Positions 21,425-31,761 of a stretch of DNA of 64,000 bases are shown piece by piece. The translations under genes and the position numbers were made by a program. The DNA lies in NCBI GenBank assembly GCA_964435845.1, contig CAYTAY010000001.1:153-64152 (forward strand). Reading direction: 5' to 3'. How positions within the stretch are numbered: the first letter of the stretch is position 1; each line of letters opens with the position of its first letter. The DNA comes from an uncultured Azoarcus sp. GTDB taxonomy: Bacteria > Pseudomonadota > Gammaproteobacteria > Burkholderiales > Rhodocyclaceae. The notes beneath the pieces are model-generated. The model saw only the letters and a list, made by a program, of their open reading frames with translations, was not told the origin of the DNA and made no database searches.

Positions 21425-22232
21425 GACCGCCTGCAGTGCTGCGGCTGCGCCGCTTCATCGAACCGTCGGACGCGCGGGCCGTGCGCACCTGCTCGCTGGT
21501 GCGCCCGAAACGGCGTTCTCGCCCCTGATAGGACTCAATGGCTCGATCGAGCGCATGCTCGTCGAAGTCCGGCCACAGGGTGTCGGTGAAGTAGAGCTCG
21601 CTGTAGGCGAGTTGCCACAGAAGAAAGTTGCTGATGCGCATCTCGCCACCGGTCCGGATGAAAAGATCCGGCTCAGGAGCGTAGTTCATCTGCAATGCGC
21701 ACGCGAGTTCATCCTCGGTGATCGCATCATTCGTGCTTTCACGGGCCGATATGATCTTGTTCATTGCCTGGAGGATGTCCCAGCGACCGCCATAATTGGC
21801 CGCGATCGTAAGCGTCAGCTTGTCGTTCTGCGCGGTCAGCGCTTCGGCATCACGAATCAGCCTGACCAGCTTGTCGTCGAACCGAGTCAAGTCGCCGATG
21901 GCGCGGAAGCGAATCTGGTTTTTGTGGATGCGCTGCACTTCGTTTTTCAGCGCACGCATGAACAGCTGCATCAGGAACGAAACCTCGTCCGCCGGGCGAC
22001 GCCAGTTCTCCGAGCTGAACGCGAACAGCGTGAGATGGGCGACGCCGCGCTCCATGCAGGCACGGATCACGGTACGTACCGCTTCCACGCCACGGCGATG
22101 ACCCGCGACCCTGGGCAGAAGGCGTTGCCTCGCCCACCTGCCGTTGCCATCCATGATGATGGCAACGTGCCTAGGGATATCCGTGACTTCAGGCACTGCC
22201 TGCGTGGAGCTTGTGTGCGGGCTGGCCGTCAT
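21417..22232 (-). CDS. uppS: Undecaprenyl diphosphate synthase
   Basis: [38 protein letters not shown]. Confidence 0.97.
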   Translation of the reverse strand: MTASPHTSSTQAVPEVTDIPRHVAIIMDGNGRWARQRLLPRVAGHRRGVEAVRTVIRACMERGVAHLTLFAFSSENWRRPADEVSFLMQLFMRALKNEVQRIHKNQIRFRAIGDLTRFDDKLVRLIRDAEALTAQNDKLTLTIAANYGGRWDILQAMNKIISARESTNDAITEDELACALQMNYAPEPDLFIRTGGEMRISNFLLWQLAYSELYFTDTLWPDFDEHALDRAIESYQGRERRFGRTSEQVRTARASDGSMKRRSRSTAGGHA

Positions 22233-22277
22233 GATGCACCTCCGGTACGAATCGGGGAAAGAAACCGATCCGACGGA

Positions 22278-22835
22278 TCAGATCTGCATCAGTTCGTGCT
22301 CTTTCTCGGCAAGCAGCTTGTCGATCTCGGCGACGTATTTGTCGGTCAGCTTCTGGACAAGATCCTGACCGCGATGGTCGTCGTCCTCGGAGATATCCTT
22401 CTCCTTGAGCGCTTCCTTGAGGTGGTGATTGGCGTCACGGCGCAGATTGCGGATCGCCACCTTGGCCGTTTCACCCTCGCCGCGAACGACCTTGGTGAGT
22501 TCGCGACGACGCTCTTCGGTCAGTGGCGGCATCGGTACGCGGATGATCTCACCCTGATTCGAGGGGTTCAGGCCAAGGTCGCTGTCGCGAATCGCCTTCT
22601 CGACCTTGCCCAGCATGGGCTTTTCCCAGGTCTGGACACCGATGGTGCGGGCGTCGATCAAGGTCACGTTAGCGACCTGATTGACCGGCACCATGCTGCC
22701 ATAGTACTCGACCATTACATGGTCGAGTATGCCGGTGTGGGCGCGGCCGGTGCGCACCTTGGCTAGATCGGATTTCAATGCCTCGATCGACTTTTGCATC
22801 TTCTGCTCGGTGGTCTTGGCTAGATCATTGATCAT
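22278..22835 (-). CDS. frr: Ribosome recycling factor
   Basis: [25 protein letters not shown]. Start trimmed to MINDLA. Confidence 0.97.
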   Translation of the reverse strand: MINDLAKTTEQKMQKSIEALKSDLAKVRTGRAHTGILDHVMVEYYGSMVPVNQVANVTLIDARTIGVQTWEKPMLGKVEKAIRDSDLGLNPSNQGEIIRVPMPPLTEERRRELTKVVRGEGETAKVAIRNLRRDANHHLKEALKEKDISEDDDHRGQDLVQKLTDKYVAEIDKLLAEKEHELMQI

Positions 22836-22845
22836 GGTCGAATCC

Positions 22846-23559
22846 TCAGGAATGAACCAGCGTGCCTTCATCCTCGCCCATTACGACGCGCTTGAGCGCG
22901 CCGGGCTTGAAGATGGAGAACACGTTGATCGGTAGTTTCTGGTCTCGGCACAGGGCAAACGCGGTGGCATCGAGCACACTCAGGTTACGGCTGATCGCTT
23001 CGTCGAAGCTGATGCGGTGGTAGCGCTGGGCCGCGGGATCCTTCTTCGGATCGGCGGTATAGACGCCGTCGACCTTGGTCGCCTTGAGCACAATCTGGGC
23101 ACCCATCTCCGAGCCGCGCAGGGCTGCAGCGGTATCGGTGGTGAAAAACGGGTTGCCGGTGCCTGCGGCGAAGATGACGACACGCCCGTCTTCGAGATGG
23201 CGAATCGCACGACCGCGAATATAAGGCTCGACCACCTGGTCGATGCGCAGCGCGGACTGCACGCGTGCCTCGAGCTCGGCCCGCCGCATCGCGTCCGACA
23301 AGGCCATGGCGTTCATGACCGTAGCGAGCATGCCCATGTAATCCGCAGTGGCACGATCCATTCCGGATGCTGCGCCCTTCATGCCGCGAAAGATGTTGCC
23401 ACCGCCTATCACCACCCCGACCTGGACGCCGAGCCGCACCACATCTGCGATCTCGGACACGATCCGGGTGACGACATCCTCGTTGATGCCGTAAGCATCA
23501 TCGCCCATCAAGGCCTCGCCCGAGAGCTTGAGCATGATGCGTTTGTAGGCGGCGGACAT
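22846..23559 (-). CDS. pyrH: UMP kinase
   Basis: [39 protein letters not shown] before ATG 23559. Confidence 0.97.
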   Translation of the reverse strand: MSAAYKRIMLKLSGEALMGDDAYGINEDVVTRIVSEIADVVRLGVQVGVVIGGGNIFRGMKGAASGMDRATADYMGMLATVMNAMALSDAMRRAELEARVQSALRIDQVVEPYIRGRAIRHLEDGRVVIFAAGTGNPFFTTDTAAALRGSEMGAQIVLKATKVDGVYTADPKKDPAAQRYHRISFDEAISRNLSVLDATAFALCRDQKLPINVFSIFKPGALKRVVMGEDEGTLVHS

Positions 23560-23569
23560 CTCTTGCTCC

Positions 23570-24469
23570 TTAGGCCTTGGCAGCAGCAGCGGCAGCCTGT
23601 TCGGCCACTTCGGCAGCGAAGTCAGAGACCTTCTTCTCGATGCCCTCGCCGACGGTGTACAGCGTGAAGCCGGCAATCGATGCGTTCTTGGCCTTGAGCA
23701 GTTGTTCGATGGTCTGCTTGCCGTCCTCGGCCTTGACGAAGACCTGGGCCAGCAGGGTGACCTCTTTAAGGAACTTCTGCACCGTGCCGTCGGCGATCTT
23801 CTCGAGCATGGCCTCAGGCTTGTTGTCGGCACGAGCCTTTTCTATCGCGATACGACGCTCGGCGTCGATCAGATCCTGAGAAACGCCCGACGCATCCAGC
23901 GCCTTCGGCTTGGAGGCCGCAATGTGCATCGCGATATCCTTGCCGACCTGCTCGTCACCGCCAACCAGATCAACCAGTACGCCGATCTTGGCGCCGGCAT
24001 GTACATAGCTCGCCACCGCGCCCTTGGCTTCGATCCGCGAGAAGCGGCGGATCGTCATGTTTTCGCCGATCTTGCCGACCAGCTCGGTACGAAAGGCTTC
24101 GACCGTCTGGCCCCGGTAGTCGAGTTCGGACAGCGCAGCCACATCGGCCGGGTTACTCGAGGCGACCAGTTCGGCCAAGCCTGCGGCAAATGCGAGGAAA
24201 TCCTCGTTCTTGGCGACGAAGTCGGTCTCGCAGTTGAGCTCTATCATTGCCGCCAGCTTGCCATTGGCGGACACAAAGGTGCCGACCACGCCCTCGGCGG
24301 TGACGCGGGATGCGGCCTTGGAGGCTTTGCTGCCGAGCTTGACGCGCAAAATCTCCTCCGCCTTGCCCATATCGCCGCCGGCCTCGGTCAGTGCCTTCTT
24401 GCACTCCATCATCGGCGCATCGGTCTTTTCGCGCAGTTCCTTGACCATGCTTGCGGTAATCGCAGTCAT
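23570..24469 (-). CDS. tsf: Elongation factor Ts
   Basis: [33 protein letters not shown]. Confidence 0.98.
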   Translation of the reverse strand: MTAITASMVKELREKTDAPMMECKKALTEAGGDMGKAEEILRVKLGSKASKAASRVTAEGVVGTFVSANGKLAAMIELNCETDFVAKNEDFLAFAAGLAELVASSNPADVAALSELDYRGQTVEAFRTELVGKIGENMTIRRFSRIEAKGAVASYVHAGAKIGVLVDLVGGDEQVGKDIAMHIAASKPKALDASGVSQDLIDAERRIAIEKARADNKPEAMLEKIADGTVQKFLKEVTLLAQVFVKAEDGKQTIEQLLKAKNASIAGFTLYTVGEGIEKKVSDFAAEVAEQAAAAAAKA

Positions 24470-24512
24470 GTTTACTCCTGGTATTCGTTTCGGTTCAATG
24501 AATCGACTCGAC

Positions 24513-24533
24513 CCCGGATGACACTCATCCGGG
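24513..24533 (-). terminator. Intercistronic hairpin (possible attenuator) between rpsB and tsf
   Basis: CCCGGATGA-CAC-TCATCCGGG, a 9-bp stem. No clear U-tract. Confidence 0.45.
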
Positions 24534-24545
24534 ATGAGGTCATGC

Positions 24546-25307
24546 TCAGGCCTGCTCTTCGTCGGAAGCTTCTTCTTCCTCTATTTCCACGAATTCGTCG
24601 GTGCCGGCCGCGACGATGTCCTGCAGGGCCATGGTGCGGCCTTCCAGCACCGCGTCAGCCACGCCACGAGCGTACAGACGGATGGCGCGCGAGGAGTCAT
24701 CGTTACCCGGAATGACGTGGTCGATGCCTTCAGGCGAATGGTTGGTATCGACCACCGCGACGACCGGGATGCCGAGCTTTTGCGCTTCGGTCACGGCGAT
24801 CTTGTGGTAGCCGACATCGATGACGAACATCGCGTCCGGCAGGCCGCCCATTTCCTTGATGCCGCCGATGCTCTTCTGCAGCTTCTGCATCTCGCGGGTC
24901 GCCATCAGGGCTTCCTTCTTGGAGAGGCGCTCGAGTGTGCCGTCCGCGACCATCGCCTCCATTTCCTTCAGGCGCTTGATCGACTGCTTGACGGTCTTGA
25001 AGTTGGTCATCATGCCGCCGAGCCAGCGCTCATCTACAAACGGCATGCCGGCGCGACTGGCTTCTTCGGCGACGATCTCGCGCGCCTGGCGCTTGGTGCC
25101 GACGAACAGGATGTTGCCGCGGTTGGCTGAGAGTTTACGCACGAAAGCCATGGCTTCGAGATACTTGCCCATGGTCTTTTCGAGGTTGACGATGTGGATC
25201 TTGTTGCGCTGGCCGAAAATATAAGGGGCCATGCGCGGGTTCCAGAAACGGGTCTGGTGACCGAAGTGGACGCCTGCTTCGAGCATCTGACGCATAGTGA
25301 CAGACAT
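24546..25307 (-). CDS. rpsB: 30S ribosomal protein S2
   Basis: [27 protein letters not shown]. Start trimmed to MSVTMRQ. Confidence 0.98.
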   Translation of the reverse strand: MSVTMRQMLEAGVHFGHQTRFWNPRMAPYIFGQRNKIHIVNLEKTMGKYLEAMAFVRKLSANRGNILFVGTKRQAREIVAEEASRAGMPFVDERWLGGMMTNFKTVKQSIKRLKEMEAMVADGTLERLSKKEALMATREMQKLQKSIGGIKEMGGLPDAMFVIDVGYHKIAVTEAQKLGIPVVAVVDTNHSPEGIDHVIPGNDDSSRAIRLYARGVADAVLEGRTMALQDIVAAGTDEFVEIEEEEASDEEQA

Positions 25308-25309
25308 GT

Positions 25310-25445
25310 AATACTCCGAATTGAAGGGTTTGACCGCCGCCGGACACGGGCTATCGCCCCCATACCGCGCTGCCGGTGAACTGCCGGCAACGAACGGACC
25401 CTTTCGCGAAAATTTCGGAAAATACCCGGCGTGTGGATTTTGTCC
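25310..25445 (-). ncRNA. rpsB 5' leader (t44 / S2 autoregulatory RNA), boundaries approximate
   Basis: About 150-nt structured UTR between the promoter and rpsB: CCACACGCCGGG...GGGTCC...TGCCGG/CCGGCA stem...CCGGCGG..AAACCC. Same position as the known t44 element. Confidence 0.6.
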
Positions 25446-25470
25446 GCCCAAGTGGGCAGACAAGCCAGTG

Positions 25471-25500
25471 ATTATAGCGGGCTAACACACGTATACTCAA
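25471..25500 (-). promoter_or_regulatory. sigma70 promoter of the rpsB-tsf operon (TTGAGT-18 bp-TATAAT)
   Basis: Perfect TATAAT at 25476-25471 and TTGAGT at 25500-25495 on the minus strand. Confidence 0.7.
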
Positions 25501-25659
25501 GCTTCGTGGTCTGGCACAGGCTGAGAGCGCTCGGTGTGCTTGTATTTGCCTGCCATCACGCCATGCGCTAGCCTCTAACATCGCCAACCAATCGCGCACC
25601 GCCACGCTCAACGCGCCACAGGGGCAAGGAGCGGGCGGCAGCACCTTCGAAAAACGACA

Positions 25660-26487
25660 ATGAGCATCACGATCAAGACCCCAGAAGAAATTGAGAAAAT
25701 GCGCCTCGCCGGGCGGCTCGCGGCGGCGGTACTCGATTACATCGAGCCCTTCGTCAAACCCGGGGTGGCCACCGAAGAACTCGACCGCCTCTGCCACGAT
25801 TACATGGTAGATGTGCAGCAAGCCATTCCCGCCCCGCTTAACTATGCGCCTTCCGGTTACGACCCCTACCCAAAGTCGATTTGCACCTCGGTGAACCATC
25901 AGGTCTGCCATGGCATCCCCGGGCCAAAGCCGCTCAAGAAGGGCGACATCGTGAATATCGACATCACCGTCATCAAGGACGGCTACCACGGCGACACCAG
26001 CCGGATGTTCATCGTGGGCGGCGAGAACAGCGCCAGCATACTGGCCAAGCGCCTTTGCGCGGTCACTTTCGAGTCGATGTGGCTCGGCATCTCGATGGTG
26101 AGGCCGGGTGCTCGCCTGGGCGACATCGGCCACGCCATCCAGAAACATGCCGAAGGCAACGGGTGCTCGGTGGTTCGTGAATTCTGCGGGCACGGGATCG
26201 GGGCCAGATTTCACGAGGAACCCCAGGTGCTGCACTATGGCAAAGCGGGGACCGGCGTGGAACTCACCGAAGGCATGACCTTCACGATCGAACCGATGAT
26301 CAATGCAGGCAAGGCTGCAATCTCGGAGTTACCCGATGGCTGGACCATCGTCACGCGGGATCGCAGCCTGTCCGCGCAATACGAGCACACCATTCTTGTG
26401 ACTGCGGACGGCGTCGAGGTGTTGACGCGTTCGCCCAAATGTCCACCGCCTCCCCCGAACCTCGGCCTCGATCACCTGTTTGCCTGA
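25660..26487 (+). CDS. map: Type I methionine aminopeptidase
   Basis: SICTSVN, CHGIP, NIDIT, GYHGDTS, GHGIG, FHEEP, TIEPM, SAQYEHT. Confidence 0.97.
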   Translation: MSITIKTPEEIEKMRLAGRLAAAVLDYIEPFVKPGVATEELDRLCHDYMVDVQQAIPAPLNYAPSGYDPYPKSICTSVNHQVCHGIPGPKPLKKGDIVNIDITVIKDGYHGDTSRMFIVGGENSASILAKRLCAVTFESMWLGISMVRPGARLGDIGHAIQKHAEGNGCSVVREFCGHGIGARFHEEPQVLHYGKAGTGVELTEGMTFTIEPMINAGKAAISELPDGWTIVTRDRSLSAQYEHTILVTADGVEVLTRSPKCPPPPPNLGLDHLFA

Positions 26488-26493
26488 GTGCCC

Positions 26494-29073
26494 ATGAGCG
26501 AGACGCAGCGCCAGCCCGACCGCGATGTCATCGCCCGTATCCGCCAAGACCTGGCCAAGGGCAGCGCGGCCTTGCGCGAGGCCTACGAGGCGCACCCATC
26601 CACCTCCCGCATGCTGCACGGCCGGACCGCCCTCGTCGACCGCTGTATCGTGTCGCTGCGGCAGGCACACCTGATCCCCGACAGCGTCGCCTTGTTGGCG
26701 GTAGGCGGGTATGGACGTGGCGAGTTGTTCCCGCACTCGGACGTCGACCTGATGTTCCTCCTGCCGTCTGCGCCCGATGAAGAAACCCGCGGCCGCTTGT
26801 CTGCGATGGTGGGCGCGCTGTGGGACGTGGGTCTGGAGATCGGCCAGACGGTCCGCACGCTGGATGAATGCCTCGATGTCGCCGCACAAGACATCACCAT
26901 CCAGACCAACTTGCTCGAGGCACGTTTGCTGCACGGCAATCAGCCATTGTTCGACGATTTTGCCCGGCGTTTTCGCGAGATGCTGGATGTGCGCAGCTTC
27001 TTCAAGGCCAAGAGCCTGGAGCAGGAGCAACGTTATGCGCGATACCAGGACACCCCCTACGCACTCGAGCCCAACTGCAAGGAAAGCCCTGGCGGACTGC
27101 GCGACCTGCAGATGCTGGGCTGGATCGCCCGTGCCGCCGGTCTTGGCGATAACTGGCGCGAGCTTGCCCGGAAACGACTGATCACGGGCCAGGAAGCAAG
27201 CGAACTGCGCAGTATCGAGCGTTTCCTGCAGCATGTCCGCATTCGTCTGCACTACCTCACGGAGCGCGGTGAGGACCGGCTTTTGTTCGACCATCAGGAG
27301 AGCCTCGCCAAGCGCATGGGAGTGAGCGCGACCCCCGCCAAACGGGCGTCCGAAGTGCTGATGCAACGCTACTACCTGACGGCAAAAAAGCTCACCCAGA
27401 TCAACACCATCCTGTTGCAGAACTACGCCACGGTGATCTCGCCGGACAGCGGTGGTGCGGCCATCGTCATCAACAAGCGCTTCCAGATGGTGCGCGAGTT
27501 GCTCGATGTGCGCAGCGACCACGTGTTCGAGAAGCACCCGTCGGCGATGCTCGAGTGCTTCCTGCTGCTGCAGCAACGCCCTGAACTGCGGGGCATGACC
27601 GCCCGGACACTGCGCACCCTGTGGCTCAACCGCAAGCGCATCAATGCCGCGTTTCGCGCGGATCCGGCAAACCGGGCGCTGTTCACGGAAATCCTCCAGC
27701 AGCGTCGTGGCGTGGTGCATGCCTTCCGGCGCATGAACCAGTACGGCATCCTCAGCCACTATCTGCCGCCTTGGCGTCGCATCCTGTGCCAGATGCAGCA
27801 TGACCTCTTCCACGTCTATACCGTGGATCAGCACATACTCATGGTGTTGCGCAACGTGCGGCGTTTCACGATGGGCAAGCATGCCCATGAGTATCCGCTC
27901 ATGACCCGATTGATGCTGGGTTTCGACCGGCAGTGGTTGCTGTACATCGCGGCGCTGTTCCACGATATCGCCAAGGGCCGCGGTGGCGATCACTCGGAGC
28001 TCGGCATGGTCGATGCCGGTGTGTTCTGTGACCAGCACGGGCTTGACCGGGAAGATCGCGACCTCGTAGTGTGGTTGGTCGAGCATCATCTGCTGATGTC
28101 AGCCGTTGCCCAGAAGCAGGACATTTCGGATCCCGAGACCATCCGCCGCTTCGCTGAAACCGTGCAAACCGAGCGCCGGCTCAATGCGCTCTACCTGCTC
28201 ACCCATGCCGACATTCGCGGCACCAGCCCCAAGGTCTGGAACGGCTGGCGTGCGAAGCTTCTCGAGGACCTTTTCTACGCCACCCAGCGCCTGTTGCGCG
28301 GGGCGACGCCCCAACAGGCCGTTGGACTCGACGACCGCCAGGAGGACGCTCGGCGCCTGCTCCGCTACCACGGCCTGCGCCAGGGCGTGGAGGACGAGCT
28401 GTGGCGCCAGCTCGACCAGGTCTACTTCATGCGCAACTCGGCCGAAGAGATCGCGTGGCATACCCGCACGCTCTGCTACCGCAGCTCAAGCGACGAACCG
28501 GTGGTCAAGGCGCGGGTGCCCGAGGAGGACCAAGGCCTGCAGGTCATGGTGTACGCCCGCGACCAAAAGGACTTGTTCGTGCGGCTTACCGGATTCTTCG
28601 GCAAGCTCGGCTTTTCGATCCTGGATGCCAAGATCCAGACCACTCGCCACGGCTACGCGCTGGACAGCTTCATGCTGCAGGATCCGGGCAACCAGGCGCA
28701 GTATCGGGACATCGTGACGCTCATCGAGCATGAACTCACCGAGCGTCTGCGCTCGAATGCGCCGACCGACCGACCCGGCGCGGGTCGCCTGTCGCGCCAG
28801 GTTAAACACTTTCCGATCACGCCGGTGGTGCGAATCCGACCCGACGAGTCGGCCACACACTACATCCTTTCACTCACTGCCGCCGACCGTCCAGGACTGC
28901 TGTTCAGCGTCGCCGAGGTACTGGCCCGCAACGGCATCGTGCTGCACACCGCAAAGATCGCCACCCTCGGCGAGCGGGTGGAGGACACCTTTTTGCTCAG
29001 CGGCCCGGGCCTGTCGCTCGATGCGCACGTGGTGCGCATCGAGCGCGAACTGCTGGAAGTACTGCAGATCTGA
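26494..29073 (+). CDS. glnD: [Protein-PII] uridylyltransferase / uridylyl-removing enzyme
   Basis: AVGGYGRGEL-PHSDVD, KESPGGLRD, HVYTVDQH, HDIAKG, two ACT domains. GTG 26488 is an alternative start. Confidence 0.97.
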   Translation: MSETQRQPDRDVIARIRQDLAKGSAALREAYEAHPSTSRMLHGRTALVDRCIVSLRQAHLIPDSVALLAVGGYGRGELFPHSDVDLMFLLPSAPDEETRGRLSAMVGALWDVGLEIGQTVRTLDECLDVAAQDITIQTNLLEARLLHGNQPLFDDFARRFREMLDVRSFFKAKSLEQEQRYARYQDTPYALEPNCKESPGGLRDLQMLGWIARAAGLGDNWRELARKRLITGQEASELRSIERFLQHVRIRLHYLTERGEDRLLFDHQESLAKRMGVSATPAKRASEVLMQRYYLTAKKLTQINTILLQNYATVISPDSGGAAIVINKRFQMVRELLDVRSDHVFEKHPSAMLECFLLLQQRPELRGMTARTLRTLWLNRKRINAAFRADPANRALFTEILQQRRGVVHAFRRMNQYGILSHYLPPWRRILCQMQHDLFHVYTVDQHILMVLRNVRRFTMGKHAHEYPLMTRLMLGFDRQWLLYIAALFHDIAKGRGGDHSELGMVDAGVFCDQHGLDREDRDLVVWLVEHHLLMSAVAQKQDISDPETIRRFAETVQTERRLNALYLLTHADIRGTSPKVWNGWRAKLLEDLFYATQRLLRGATPQQAVGLDDRQEDARRLLRYHGLRQGVEDELWRQLDQVYFMRNSAEEIAWHTRTLCYRSSSDEPVVKARVPEEDQGLQVMVYARDQKDLFVRLTGFFGKLGFSILDAKIQTTRHGYALDSFMLQDPGNQAQYRDIVTLIEHELTERLRSNAPTDRPGAGRLSRQVKHFPITPVVRIRPDESATHYILSLTAADRPGLLFSVAEVLARNGIVLHTAKIATLGERVEDTFLLSGPGLSLDAHVVRIERELLEVLQI

Positions 29074-29113
29074 GCGCGGACGGCGCGCCTGCAGGCGCGC
29101 GTCCCGGTCCGCG
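29074..29113. terminator. GC-rich hairpin between convergent glnD and the GntP permease (possible bidirectional terminator)
   Basis: Palindrome GCGCGCCTGCAGGCGCGC flanked by CGCGGAC/GTCCGCG. Confidence 0.5.
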
Positions 29114-29114
29114 T

Positions 29115-30566
29115 TCAAAAAGCGCCGAACAAACTCCCCAACACCACCAGCAACACCAGCGACACGATCGGAAACAGTACCGCGACCATGAAAATGTCCT
29201 TGTAGGCCTCACGGTGTGTCAGCCCGCAGATGGCGAGCAGGGTCACCACCGCGCCGTTGTGCGGCAGGCTGTCCAGACCCCCGGTGGCGACGGTCGTCAC
29301 CCTGTGCAGCAGTTCCGGGGCGATGCCCGCCACCTCCGCCATCGCCAGGTAATCGGAGCCCAGCGTCTGCAGCGCGATGCTCATGCCGCCCGAGGCCGAT
29401 CCGGTGACACCGGCCAGCACGTTCACCGCCACCGCCAGCGAGACCAGCGGATTGCCACCACCGATGGACTCGACGAAATTCTGGATGAGATCAAAGGCGG
29501 GCAGGGCGGCGATCACCGCGCCGAAGCCGACCAGGCTCGCGGTGTTGAAGATCGGCAGCACCGAGGCGTTCGCGCCATCGTCAAGCGAACGTTTCGGGGC
29601 AGCGAGCCGGGTCCAGGTCATGGCCAGCAGCAGCAGGCAGGCGATAGTCAGCGAGCAGATGATGGCCCATACCCCGCGAACCGAATCGACCGTTGTCGCG
29701 CCGTAGCGCGCCTCGGCGAGGTAGGCGGTGTCCATCGCGGGGATGATCATGGTGCTGAAGACATAGTTCAGCACGATCACCAGCACCACCGGGGAGATCG
29801 CAACAGCGAAGGACGGCAAAGCGTGCGGCGGTGCTTCCGGCGCCACCATGAGCACGTCGAAGCCCTCGCCCGAGGAGCGCTCGCGCTGGTCCTTGTCGAA
29901 CACGGGCTGTGCATCCTCGTGCTCGCCGTAGCCCTCACCAGCGACACGCGCCTGCGCGGCCTGGCGAGACAACCACCACTGACCGAGGCCGAACATCACG
30001 AGGGCAGTGATGATGCCGAGCACCGGCGCGGCGAACGGCGTGGTGCCGAAGAACGGCATTGGAATCGCGTTCTGGATCGCCGGCGTGCCGGGCAAGGCGG
30101 TCATCGTGAATGTAAAGGCGCCGAGCGCGATGGTGGCTGGGATCAAGCGCTTGGGAATATCCGCCTGACGGAACAGTGCAGCGGAGATCGGATAAACCGC
30201 AAAGGCGACCACGAACAGCGAAACCCCACCATAGGTCAGCACCGCGCAGGCGAGCACGACGGCGAGAATCGCACGCTCCTGACCAAGCTTGCCGACGATA
30301 CCAAGGGCGATCGCTTCGGCCGCCCCGCTATCGTCCATCAGCTTGCCGAAGATCGCACCGAGCAGGAACAATGGGAAGAACTGTACGATGAAGTTGCCCG
30401 CCGAACTCATGAACACCTGAGTGTAGGTCGCCAGCAGCGGGGTGCCGACCGCAAACAAGGCGGCGACCAGGGCCATCGCCGGCCCCAGCAGCAACACACT
30501 CACGCCCCGGTAGGCAAGGAAAATCAGCAGCCCGAGGGCCAGCAGGACGCCGAGCATGCCGATCAT
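29115..30566 (-). CDS. GntP-family permease (putative 3-hydroxybutyrate / short organic acid transporter)
   Basis: About 12-13 TM segments. LTYGGVSLFVV, LPGTPAIQN, GVTGSASGG, DSLPHNGAV. Confidence 0.85.
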   Translation of the reverse strand: MIGMLGVLLALGLLIFLAYRGVSVLLLGPAMALVAALFAVGTPLLATYTQVFMSSAGNFIVQFFPLFLLGAIFGKLMDDSGAAEAIALGIVGKLGQERAILAVVLACAVLTYGGVSLFVVAFAVYPISAALFRQADIPKRLIPATIALGAFTFTMTALPGTPAIQNAIPMPFFGTTPFAAPVLGIITALVMFGLGQWWLSRQAAQARVAGEGYGEHEDAQPVFDKDQRERSSGEGFDVLMVAPEAPPHALPSFAVAISPVVLVIVLNYVFSTMIIPAMDTAYLAEARYGATTVDSVRGVWAIICSLTIACLLLLAMTWTRLAAPKRSLDDGANASVLPIFNTASLVGFGAVIAALPAFDLIQNFVESIGGGNPLVSLAVAVNVLAGVTGSASGGMSIALQTLGSDYLAMAEVAGIAPELLHRVTTVATGGLDSLPHNGAVVTLLAICGLTHREAYKDIFMVAVLFPIVSLVLLVVLGSLFGAF

Positions 30567-31624
30567 GGCTGCTTCTGCCCGAGCGCGCCCGCAGGCTTGA
30601 TGCTATCGTCGAGCAGCCAGTCGAAGCTGACGCTGGAGCGCTCGCCGAGGTCTTTCCAGTGTCTCTCCAGCCAGTGCGACGCCCTCGCCCGTCCAAGGTC
30701 GCGGAGATGACACAGATAAGGCCATTCGGCGTTAAGCTTACTCGAAGCCTGCAGCTTTAGCAGATCCTCGTCTGCGTGGATCTGATGCAGCCTCATGTCC
30801 CGGTAGCGCTCCTGCTCGAGACCTTCGGAGTCGATCAGTTGCTTGAGCAACATGATCGAGCGCAACTCCTTGACCAGGCTCGCGTTGAAGGTGATTTCGT
30901 TCATGCGGTTGATGATCTCGCGCGCGGTGCGCGGCAGTTCCGGGCGATAGAAGGGGTTGATCTGCACCAGCACCAGATCGCGGGCGTCGCACTCGTCGAC
31001 CAGCGGGAAAAGCGCCGGATTACCCATGTAGCCGCCATCCCAATACGCTTCACCGTCGATCTCGACCGCCTGGAACATGAACGGCAGTGCCGCAGATGCC
31101 ATTACCGCATCCACACTGAGCTCGGGGCAGCGGAATACCTTCGGGCGTCCAGTACGAACATTGGTCGCAGTAACGAACACCTTGAGCTTCGAGCAGCGAC
31201 GCACCCGCTCGAAATCGACATTGGCCGCCACCAGGTCACGCAGCGGATTGAGGTTCATCGGATTGAGCTCGTAGGGCGAAAAAACCCGCGAGAGATGATC
31301 GAAGAAGAGGTAGCTGGGCGAGTTGTCGAGACTCCAGTCGCCGCTGATCCTGGCCCACAGATCACGCTGAATCGGACTGCTGGTCGCCGCTTCGCTGACC
31401 GTCTTCCAGAAGCGCGCGAGATGCTCGCGTGCGCCCTCAGCCCCGCCGGCTTCGAGGCCGTCGGCCAAGACCACCGCATTCATCGCACCGGCACTGGTGC
31501 CGCTCACGCCCTCGATGTGAAGGCGGGGCTCCTGCAGCAAGCGATCGAGCACCCCCCAGGCCAACGCGCCGTGAGCGCCGCCGCCCTGCAAAGCCAGTTC
31601 GATCGTTTTGGTTTCCTTGTTCAT
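30563..31624 (-). CDS. Patatin-like phospholipase/esterase
   Basis: LQGGGAHGA oxyanion loop, GTSAG nucleophile elbow, DGGY. ATGA overlap with the permease. Confidence 0.92.
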   Translation of the reverse strand: MNKETKTIELALQGGGAHGALAWGVLDRLLQEPRLHIEGVSGTSAGAMNAVVLADGLEAGGAEGAREHLARFWKTVSEAATSSPIQRDLWARISGDWSLDNSPSYLFFDHLSRVFSPYELNPMNLNPLRDLVAANVDFERVRRCSKLKVFVTATNVRTGRPKVFRCPELSVDAVMASAALPFMFQAVEIDGEAYWDGGYMGNPALFPLVDECDARDLVLVQINPFYRPELPRTAREIINRMNEITFNASLVKELRSIMLLKQLIDSEGLEQERYRDMRLHQIHADEDLLKLQASSKLNAEWPYLCHLRDLGRARASHWLERHWKDLGERSSVSFDWLLDDSIKPAGALGQKQP

Positions 31625-31649
31625 GCGCTGCCCTCAGTGAATTCATGGA

Positions 31650-31666
31650 ATGTCGCAGTGCACCAT
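31650..31666. promoter_or_regulatory. Imperfect palindrome resembling a PhaR operator upstream of the patatin gene
   Basis: ATGTCGCA-G-TGCACCAT (GCAnTGC core, 6 of 8 arm positions symmetric), 25 bp from the start codon. Confidence 0.5.
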
Positions 31667-31761
31667 AAAGAAGACCGGCCCAGGATGCAAGCTACGCACT
31701 TTTTCGCCCCGCTGGCGCGCGCCGGATCGACTGGCTCAGGTGATTGACATGGATTTGCGGC

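Noticed and set aside
19829-21589. 586-aa plus-strand ORF, and similar long ORFs at 14349-15683, 17904-19406, 21315-22766, 26329-28089, 29214-30710 and 59806-61299
   Set aside because: They lie antisense to well-recognised genes, carry no motifs, and are the expected shadow ORFs of high-GC coding sequence.
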